From NCBI RefSeq assembly GCF_030013595.1, contig NZ_CP122774.1: DNA of 5,732 nt; one strand, 5' to 3'. The position numbers and the translations under genes are program-made. The DNA comes from Escherichia coli. GTDB taxonomy: Bacteria; Pseudomonadota; Gammaproteobacteria; Enterobacterales; Enterobacteriaceae. Each line of letters begins with the position of its first letter. Position 1 is the stretch's first letter. Below the pieces are notes generated by a model. That model did not search any database. It was not told the origin of the DNA and was given only the letters and a program-made list of their open reading frames with translations. This document shows positions 1-4,693 of this stretch, piece after piece.

Positions 1-495
1 ATGGCGGGCACAGTATGGCGTGACATAAGAACGGGAGAGACTGTTTTTCCTATGGGGCACCTGCACCCTCAGAGGTGCTGTGTTGATGTAAACGGTACTT
101 CTGTAGATATAGAAATTAGTTTTGGTTTTCATGTTTTTACTGATGAAAAACAAACCGGAATGCTGATGAAATTTAAGGAGGAACAGAGGTTTTTTTGTAG
201 GGAACGCTATGAGGGCAGCAAAACTATCGTTCACAGAATACTTACAGCGATAGAAAACGGTGAATACATTACAGCATTTATTTCAAAGGGGCAGGGGCAG
301 CGGTATTACCATCTTAGCCATCATGATGACTTCATTTTGATGGAAATAAGAAAGCCTCAAGATAGAAATAATTCTTTGCGTATTCATGTTGTTACAGCTT
401 ACACGCTTGATGAATGGGGGACTGTAAATAAAGGACGTAACCTGCGGTTTAGATATGTGCTGGAACAGCGACTGCAGGGAAAGAAGATTGTGTAA
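1..495 (+). CDS. Hypothetical protein, 164 aa, family not recognised; probable distal gene of a two-gene cargo cassette (candidate effector)
   Basis: Uninterrupted ORF from ATG at 1 to TAA at 493-495. A hairpin with flanking A and T tracts follows immediately (496-530). If the window ends are joined, GGAGG (5723-5727) lies 5 nt upstream of this ATG. AT-rich codon usage differs from the mob backbone. No motif I can name with confidence. Confidence 0.6.
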   Translation: MAGTVWRDIRTGETVFPMGHLHPQRCCVDVNGTSVDIEISFGFHVFTDEKQTGMLMKFKEEQRFFCRERYEGSKTIVHRILTAIENGEYITAFISKGQGQRYYHLSHHDDFILMEIRKPQDRNNSLRIHVVTAYTLDEWGTVNKGRNLRFRYVLEQRLQGKKIV

Positions 496-530
496 AAAAC
501 AAAAAGCGCCTAAGGCGCCTTTGTTTTTTG
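496..530 (+). terminator. Rho-independent terminator, potentially bidirectional (A tract, GC hairpin, T tract)
   Basis: GC stem gcgcc (506-510) pairs with ggcgc (514-518) around a taa loop. It is preceded by aaaaaacaaaaa and followed by ctttgtttttt, directly after the stop of the 164-aa ORF. Confidence 0.7.
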
Positions 531-680
531 CAGAATTTCGGTCTGGCCTTTCGTTATCCCGCTCACAGGCTGGGAGGGTGTGACCCCCGGCATCAGCACC
601 CCTCTCTCGAGGTTCCGGTTTGTGCTGACAACATTAGTATCCTATTCCACATGTTCGTTGTCAAACTAGCGTACTTTTTG

Positions 681-770
681 GTGTTCATTGGTGTTTATAG
701 GTTGTCATTTACCCTCTTTGTGGTTATAAGTGTTTATAGGTTTTCATTGTTTTTTATAGGTGTTCATATG
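681..770 (+). repeat. Phased direct repeats (operator- or iteron-like) overlapping the promoter, SD and start of the HTH gene
   Basis: gtgtttataggttgtcatt (691-709) and gtgtttataggttttcatt (730-748) match at 18 of 19 positions. A third copy, tttataggtgttcat, lies at 753-767 and a degenerate ggttataag at 722-730. The sub-motif GTKKTCAT begins near 681, 701, 741 and 761, so spacings are multiples of about 10 bp. Confidence 0.55.
702..730 (+). promoter_or_regulatory. Putative sigma70 promoter of the HTH gene
   Basis: -35 TTGTCA (702-707), 17-bp spacer, -10 TATAAG (725-730). This predicts a leader of about 30 nt before ATG 768. Both hexamers are embedded in the repeat array. Confidence 0.45.
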
Positions 771-1070
771 AAGTTGCTTGATAGTAATGAAGTGTGTGAG
801 CTCTTAGGCATCAGTAAGTCCACTTTGTATCGTTGGTGCGGGGTGTCTGAGGATTTTTCTGGCTTGGGTCTAAGTAGCGGTCTTCCTCAGGCTAACGCTA
901 CTCAGAACTCTTTAGGCAGGGAAAATAGGCTCGTTAGGAGGGAATTACAGCAAAACGCTCTCGGTGTCGAAGAGACGCCAAGCGACTTCCCTCGTCCTTT
1001 CAAGATCGGTCGTTCGTTTAAATGGAAAGACGCCGAAATTATGGCTTGGCTTGAAACGCGACGCGTTTGA
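768..1070 (+). CDS. AlpA/excisionase-type (HTH_17, MerR-superfamily-like) DNA-binding protein, 100 aa, with an internal insertion of about 45 aa
   Basis: The N-terminus MKLLDSNEVCELLGISKSTLYRWC is the canonical HTH_17 helix-turn-helix. The C-terminus FPRPFKIGRSFKWKDAEIMAWLE is the canonical wing (KxG-R-x-x-W-x-x-x-E-hydrophobic-x-x-W-hydrophobic). AGGTG (757-761) sits 6 nt before ATG 768. The track ORF starts at 528, but residues 1-80 are a translation of the repeat DNA. Confidence 0.6.
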   Translation: MKLLDSNEVCELLGISKSTLYRWCGVSEDFSGLGLSSGLPQANATQNSLGRENRLVRRELQQNALGVEETPSDFPRPFKIGRSFKWKDAEIMAWLETRRV

Positions 1071-1083
1071 TTGATAGATCTTC

Positions 1084-1112
1084 TTGAGATCATTTGGATC
1101 TCGTCGTAGTCT
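1084..1112 (+). promoter_or_regulatory. RNA II (primer) promoter P2
   Basis: -35 TTGAGA (1084-1089), 17-bp spacer, -10 TAGTCT (1107-1112). This is collinear with pMB1 TTGAGA-17-TAATCT as I recall it. Confidence 0.75.
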
Positions 1113-1120
1113 TTTGTCCT

Positions 1121-1227
1121 GTAAACGAAAAAACCACCATGGCAGGTGGTTTTTCGAAGGTTATTTAATCCTGGCAGATTGAATAACCGTGGTAACAGCC
1201 TTGTGCGAGACGTGTCACCAAATCTGT
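1121..1227 (-). ncRNA. RNA I, antisense copy-number and incompatibility regulator
   Basis: It is the complement of the RNA II 5' region. The start aligns with pMB1 ACAGTATTTGG (here the reverse complement of accaaatctgt, ending at 1227). Three hairpins are visible: aaccacc/ggtggtt, ggttatt-aatc/gatt-aataacc, and ggtaaca/tgtcacc with mismatches. Its own promoter lies just upstream on the minus strand. Confidence 0.8.
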
Positions 1228-1233
1228 CCTTTC

Positions 1234-1263
1234 AGTGTAGCCTCACTAAGGCCACCACTTCAA
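1234..1263 (-). promoter_or_regulatory. RNA I promoter P1
   Basis: The minus strand reads TTGAAG (1263-1258), then 17-18 bp, then TACACT (1239-1234). This is conserved with the pMB1 TTGAAG...CTACACT arrangement. Confidence 0.7.
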
Positions 1264-1697
1264 GAACTTTGAATACATCTCTCGCACATCCTGTTTACCA
1301 ATGGCTACCGCCACTGGCGATTTTTCGTGTCTGTTCCGGGTTGGACTCAAGATGATAGTTACCGGGACAACGTGGTAGTCGGGCTGAACGGGGGGTTCTT
1401 GCATACAGCCCAGCTTGGAGCGAACTGTCTAAACGGAACGGGACGTGGTGATTTAGGTAAAGCTTCCACCACAACACGGATGCCGCAGGACGGGAACAGG
1501 AGAGCGCAAGAGGGAGCCGCCAGGGGGAAACGCCTGGTATCTTTAAGTCCTGTCGGGTTTCGCCACCTCTGACTTGAGCGTCGATTTTTGTGATGCTCGT
1601 CAGGGGGGCGGAGCCTATGGAAAAACGCCAGCGGCGTGGCCTTCTCTGGGTTCTTGTTTTTTGCTCACATGTTTCTTTTGGTGTTATCCCCTGATTC

Positions 1698-1706
1698 TGT
1701 GGATAA
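1698..1706 (-). promoter_or_regulatory. DnaA box downstream of the origin
   Basis: tgtggataa on the + strand equals TTATCCACA on the - strand, an exact consensus DnaA box. It is at the same position as the known box in ColE1/pBR322. Confidence 0.6.
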
Positions 1707-1814
1707 CCGCATTACCGTCTTTGAGTGAGCTGATACCGCTCGCCGCAGCCGAACGACCGAGCGTAGCGAGTCAGTGAGCGAGGAAGCGGAAGAGCGTCGG
1801 AAGTTGCATTTTCT

Positions 1815-1985
1815 CCTTACACATCTGTGCGGCATTTCACACCCGGCATGGCGCACTTTTCATACAATCCGCACTGATGCCGCATGGTTAAGCCAGTATA
1901 CACTCCGCTATCGCTACGTGACTGGGTCATGGCTGCGGCCTGACGCGCCCTGACGGGCTTGTCTGCTCCCGGCATCCGCTCACAG
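1815..1985 (-). other. oriT / bom (basis of mobility) with the ColE1-type nic site
   Basis: Collinear with the remembered pBR322 bom region (gatgccgcat.gttaagccagtatacactccgctatcgctacgtgactgggtcatggctgcg ... ctgacgcgccctgacgggcttgtctgctcccggcatccgct.acagacaagctgtgaccgtctccgggagctg). taagccag (1889-1896) is the complement of CTGG/CTTA, the published MbeA nick motif. This places nic between 1893 and 1892 on the minus strand. Confidence 0.75.
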
Positions 1986-2018
1986 ACAAGCTGTGACCGT
2001 CTCCGGGAGCTGTATGTG

Positions 2019-2210
2019 TCAGAGGTTTTCACCGTCATCCCCGAAGCGTGCGAGGCAGCTGCGGTAAAGCTCATCGGCGTGGTCGTGAAGCGATTCACAG
2101 ATGTCTGCCTGTTCATCCGCGTCCAGTTCGTTGAGCTTTTCCAGCAGCGTTAATGTCTGGCTTCTGATAAAGCGGGCCATGTTAAGGGCGGTTTTTTCCT
2201 GTTTAGTCAC
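2019..2210 (-). CDS. rop: Rop/Rom, RNA I-RNA II kissing-complex stabiliser (63 aa)
   Basis: The translation MTKQEKTALNMARFIRSQTLTLLEKLNELDADEQADICESLHDHADELYRSCLARFGDDGENL matches the Rop sequence of pBR322/ColE1 as I remember it. The position (ori, bom, rop convergent with RNA II) is canonical. Confidence 0.95.
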   Translation of the reverse strand: MTKQEKTALNMARFIRSQTLTLLEKLNELDADEQADICESLHDHADELYRSCLARFGDDGENL

Positions 2211-2250
2211 TGATGCCTCCGTGTAAGGGGGGATTTCTGTTCATGGGGTA

Positions 2251-2598
2251 ATGATACCGATGAAACGCGAGAGGATGCTCACGATACGGGTTACTGATGA
2301 TGAACATGCACGGTTACTGGAACGCTGTGAGGGTAAACAGCTGGCGGTATGGATGCGGCGGGTCTGTCTGGGTGAGCCGGTTGCCCGTTCCGGGAAGCTG
2401 CCGACACTGGCACCGCCGTTACTGCGCCAGCTGGCTGCCATCGGGAATAATCTGAATCAGACGGCGAGGAAGGTGAACAGCGGGCAGTGGTCTTCCGGTG
2501 ACCGGGTTCAGGTGGTGGCCGCACTGATGGCCATCGAGAGAGAGTTGCGCAGCTTACGGCAGGTCGTCAGGGAACATGGAGCGCGGGATGATAGTTAA
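2251..2598 (+). CDS. mbeC: MbeC, ribbon-helix-helix relaxosome accessory protein (MobC-like)
   Basis: MLTIRVTDDEHARLLERCEGKQLAVWMRRVCLGEPVARSGKLPTLAPPLLRQLAAIGNNLNQTARKVNSG... matches the remembered ColE1 MbeC. The RHH beta-strand LTIRVTDDE is present. Its stop (2596-2598) overlaps the mbeA start. The start is ambiguous: in-frame ATGs occur at 2251, 2260 and 2275. Confidence 0.88.
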   Translation: MIPMKRERMLTIRVTDDEHARLLERCEGKQLAVWMRRVCLGEPVARSGKLPTLAPPLLRQLAAIGNNLNQTARKVNSGQWSSGDRVQVVAALMAIERELRSLRQVVREHGARDDS

Positions 2599-4330
2599 GT
2601 TTCATGCCAGGGGAAAAGGCGGTGGCAGTGGTCCGGTTGATTACCTGCTGGGAAGGGAGCGTAACCGGGAAGGGGCAACGGTGCTTCAGGGTAATCCGGA
2701 AGAAGTCCGGGAACTCATCGATGCCACGCCATTTGCGAAGAAATACACGTCAGGTGTTCTGTCGTTCGCGGAGAAGGAGCTGCCGCCTGGAGGGCGTGAA
2801 AAAGTGATGGCGAGCTTTGAGCGTGTACTGATGCCCGGTCTCGAGAAAAATCAGTACAGCATCCTGTGGGTGGAGCACCAGGACAAGGGACGGCTTGAGC
2901 TGAATTTTGTCATTCCGAACATGGAGCTACAGACCGGAAAACGCCTCCAGCCGTACTACGACCGGGCAGACAGGCCGAGAATTGATGCCTGGCAGACGCT
3001 GGTTAATCACCATTACGGGCTGCATGACCCCAACGCCCCGGAGAACCGCCGGACGCTGACCCTTCCTGATAACCTGCCGGAAACGAAACAGGCGCTTGCA
3101 GAGAGCGTCACACGCGGGATAGACGCTCTTTATCATGTCGGGGAGATAAAAGGCCGTCAGGATGTGATTCAGGCGCTCACAGAGGCAGGGCTTGAAGTGG
3201 TCAGGGTGACGCGAAGCAGTATCAGCATTGCAGACCCGAACGGTGGGAAGAATATCAGGCTGAAAGGAGCATTTTATGAGCAATCTTTTACAGACGGGCG
3301 CGGAGTTCGAGAAAAAGCTGAAAGAGAGAGCCGAATCTACAGAGACAATGCTGAACGACGAGTTCAGCAAGCTCGAAAAATCTGTAAGCAAGGCTGTGAC
3401 ATCAAACGAGACGAAAATCAAAGACGCTATAGCCCTGTTCACAGCTTCGACAGAGGAATCACTGAAAAAACACCGGGAAGGGGTGAAAGAGGCGATGATG
3501 CAGCACAGGAAGGACGTGTTAAAGCTGGCAGGGAATACGGGCATGATGTTACTGGGGATGGTCCTTTTCCTGTTTACCGTGAGTGGCGGGACGCTCTGGT
3601 ATCTTGGCGGGCGGATACAGGCGAACCTGGAAGAAATCAGGATACAGGAAGAAACATTGCAGAAACTGAACGCGAAGACATGGGGCGTGGAGTTTGTGCA
3701 GGACGGGAGAAGGAAATTTCTGGTCATCCCGCAGGGGAAATCGGCAACGGTGATTCCCTATCAGGAGAAGGACTGGGTACAACTGACGGAGTGACACAGA
3801 GTGACGGAGCTGGAAAGACATTTGCTGAACGCCTTAGAGCAACTGCAACAGGACTATATGCAGCGGCTGAGCGAATGGGAGAGCGCCTTCGTGGAATTGC
3901 AGAAAATGTTTTCGCTTACGCAACGGGACAACGCGATGCTGAACGAGCAGGTCATGCAGTTGAGTCAGCAGGTGCAGCACTTGAGCGAGCGGACAGAACG
4001 CTTGAGCCAGTTATACAGCGAGAACAGGAGATAAGGGACGAACGGCTGATACAGGAGCGCGAACATGAGTTATCCCTGGAGCGTGAGCGCCAGCTGGAAA
4101 TACAGGAACGGACACTGGATGGCATGGTAATCAGAGACAGGCTAAAATGTTGTCAGCGCGTTTCCGGTGCATTTTTTGGGATAATGGTTGGTTCGGGGGC
4201 ACCGGGAACGCGCTTCAGTCAGACCTTGCTGAAAACACAGGAACGCGTTAAAACGCATACGGGCGCGATTCTGGTGTGTCTTTTGTTGCTGTGTTTTGCC
4301 TCTATTGCCAGATCGCGCTCATTCCCCTGA
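2588..4330 (+). CDS. mbeA: MbeA, MOB-HEN family conjugative relaxase (580 aa here)
   Basis: MIVKFHARGKGGGSGPVDYLLGRERNREGATVLQGNPEEVRELID... matches the remembered ColE1 MbeA. Catalytic Tyr19 is at 2642-2644. The HEN signature H97, E104 and N106 lies in WVEHQDKGRLELNFVIPN. I prefer ATG 2588 to the track start at 2576 because ColE1 MbeA begins MIVKF. After ...IQERTLDG (about 4115) the C-terminal end diverges from ColE1, so the true stop is less certain. Confidence 0.88.
   Translation: MIVKFHARGKGGGSGPVDYLLGRERNREGATVLQGNPEEVRELIDATPFAKKYTSGVLSFAEKELPPGGREKVMASFERVLMPGLEKNQYSILWVEHQDKGRLELNFVIPNMELQTGKRLQPYYDRADRPRIDAWQTLVNHHYGLHDPNAPENRRTLTLPDNLPETKQALAESVTRGIDALYHVGEIKGRQDVIQALTEAGLEVVRVTRSSISIADPNGGKNIRLKGAFYEQSFTDGRGVREKAERESRIYRDNAERRVQQARKICKQGCDIKRDENQRRYSPVHSFDRGITEKTPGRGERGDDAAQEGRVKAGREYGHDVTGDGPFPVYREWRDALVSWRADTGEPGRNQDTGRNIAETEREDMGRGVCAGREKEISGHPAGEIGNGDSLSGEGLGTTDGVTQSDGAGKTFAERLRATATGLYAAAERMGERLRGIAENVFAYATGQRDAERAGHAVESAGAALERADRTLEPVIQREQEIRDERLIQEREHELSLERERQLEIQERTLDGMVIRDRLKCCQRVSGAFFGIMVGSGAPGTRFSQTLLKTQERVKTHTGAILVCLLLLCFASIARSRSFP
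3276..3794 (+). CDS. mbeB: MbeB mobilisation protein (172 aa), nested out of frame within mbeA
   Basis: The MSNLLQTGAEFEKKLKERAESTE... product has a central hydrophobic segment, MMLLGMVLFLFTVSGGTLWYLGG. This agrees with the remembered ColE1 MbeB. GGAG (3266-3269) lies 6 nt before the ATG. Confidence 0.85.
   Translation: MSNLLQTGAEFEKKLKERAESTETMLNDEFSKLEKSVSKAVTSNETKIKDAIALFTASTEESLKKHREGVKEAMMQHRKDVLKLAGNTGMMLLGMVLFLFTVSGGTLWYLGGRIQANLEEIRIQEETLQKLNAKTWGVEFVQDGRRKFLVIPQGKSATVIPYQEKDWVQLTE
3801..4034 (+). CDS. mbeD: MbeD mobilisation / entry-exclusion-associated protein (77 aa), nested out of frame within mbeA
   Basis: GTG start. MTELERHLLNALEQLQQDYMQRLSEWESAF..LQKMFSLTQRDNA.L... matches the remembered ColE1 MbeD. 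GGAG (3788-3791) lies 9 nt upstream. The gene starts 7 nt after the mbeB stop. Confidence 0.8.
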   Translation: MTELERHLLNALEQLQQDYMQRLSEWESAFVELQKMFSLTQRDNAMLNEQVMQLSQQVQHLSERTERLSQLYSENRR

Positions 4331-4429
4331 ACTTCTGTTTTCCCGCTCCGGTCCCCGTCTTCTTCGCTTCCGAAAGCATGAAAAAAATCCGTTTCAGCTG
4401 TCTCTGGCTGGCAATTCCTGCGTGATTCA

Positions 4430-4577
4430 CATGGCTGCATAGCTATGCATGTGGTTAAAATTTACCGGGTGCGATCGCGGCAGTTTTTCGGGTGGTTTGT
4501 TGCCATTTTTACCTGTCTGCTGCCGTGATCGCACCGAACGCGTTTCTGCGGTGCGGGCAACGGATGTTATGGTAAAT
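4430..4577 (+). other. cer: cer-like XerCD/ArgR/PepA multimer-resolution site
   Basis: Collinear with the remembered ColE1 cer (ggttaaaattta.c.gg.gcgatcgcggcagtttttcgggtggtttgttgccatttttacctgtctgctgccgtgatcgc..gaacgcgttt). The core is a GGTGCGGGCAA XerC arm (4550-4560), a cggatg spacer (4561-4566) and a TTATGGTAAAT XerD arm (4567-4577). The ARG-box-position palindrome TGCATAGCTATGCA (4436-4449) lies about 105 bp upstream. The left boundary is approximate. ColE1 cer also encodes the Rcd RNA, which I cannot map here. Confidence 0.85.
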
Positions 4578-4693
4578 ATTGGTGCTCTGGGATGAAGCGA
4601 AAATAGGCTTTTTTTCGCTATTTTAGCCTGTTCAGGAACGGCAAGAGTAAATATCTGGGAGCATGAAGCTCGTTAACCTGAATGGAGATCCTG

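Larger units (their letters stand above)
1121..1634 (+). ncRNA. RNA II, pre-primer for leading-strand synthesis
   Basis: The 5' end is placed by position relative to P2 and by alignment to the pMB1 GCAAACAAAAAAACCACC start (here gtaaacgaaaaaaccacc). The 3' RNA/DNA switch is placed by alignment of ccagcggcgtgg (1628-1639) to pMB1 CCAGCAACGCGG. Both ends are approximate to a few nt. Confidence 0.8.
1084..1710 (+). other. ColE1/pMB1-type origin of vegetative replication (oriV)
   Basis: Long collinear similarity to the remembered pBR322/pUC origin. Examples are ccaccacttcaagaac, ccgggttggactcaagatgatagttaccgg, gggctgaacggggggtt, agcccagcttggagcgaac, cagggggaaacgcctggtatcttta.gtcctgtcgggtttcgccacctctgacttgagcgtcgatttttgtgatgctcgtcaggggggcggagcctatggaaaaacgccagc and tgttatcccctgattctgtggataaccg. 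Confidence 0.9.

Noticed and set aside
528-767. N-terminal 80 codons of the track ORF 528..1070
   Set aside because: It starts inside the T tract of the upstream terminator. It translates the GC-rich spacer and the repeat array into low-complexity hydrophobic sequence (FLVFIGVYRLSFTLFVVISVYRFSLFFIGV). The recognisable HTH domain, an SD and a promoter all point to ATG 768.
681-770. Type III toxin-antitoxin (ToxI-like tandem RNA repeats upstream of a toxin)
   Set aside because: There are only about two degenerate 39-40-bp units and no terminator between the repeats and the gene. The downstream protein is an AlpA-type DNA binder, not a ToxN/AbiQ-like endoribonuclease. DNA operator repeats are the simpler reading.
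902-1093. 63-aa ORF on the minus strand
   Set aside because: It is antisense to the HTH gene, its start would lie within the RNA II promoter, and it has no SD or recognisable motif.
1146-1856. Track ORFs 1146..1355(+), 1295..1477(-), 1327..1572(+), 1574..1777(+), 1665..1856(-)
   Set aside because: All lie inside the ColE1-type origin, RNA II and the bom-proximal non-coding region, whose function is RNA- and DNA-structural. None is known as a gene in ColE1/pMB1, and the translations are low-complexity.
1817-2153. Track ORFs 1817..2116(-) and 1959..2153(+)
   Set aside because: They overlap oriT and the well-supported rop gene in other frames or on the other strand. The same spurious frames exist in pBR322.
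2241-2524. Minus-strand ORFs 2241..2441 and 2291..2524
   Set aside because: They are antisense to mbeC. The Pro/Ser/Arg-rich translations are typical of the reverse strand of a GC-rich gene.
2576-2587. Upstream ATG (MERG...) as the mbeA start
   Set aside because: ColE1 MbeA begins MIVKF. With ATG 2588 the published catalytic residue numbering (Y19, H97, E104, N106) falls exactly on Y, H, E and N in this sequence.
2604-2807. 67-aa plus-strand ORF
   Set aside because: It is out of frame inside the conserved relaxase domain of mbeA, and it corresponds to no known nested gene, unlike mbeB and mbeD.
2927-3821. Long antisense ORFs 2927..3727(-) (266 aa) and 3549..3821(-)
   Set aside because: They lie opposite mbeA, mbeB and mbeD. 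Long open antisense frames are expected in dual-coding GC-biased DNA. The product is Ser/Phe/Cys-rich with no motif, and no SD is seen.
4378-4425. 15-codon ORF MKKIRFSCLWLAIPA
   Set aside because: It is too short and runs into the cer accessory sequences. I noted it only as a possible relic of a signal peptide.
4219-4440. 73-aa minus-strand ORF
   Set aside because: It spans the mbeA tail and the cer accessory region, with no SD and no recognisable features.
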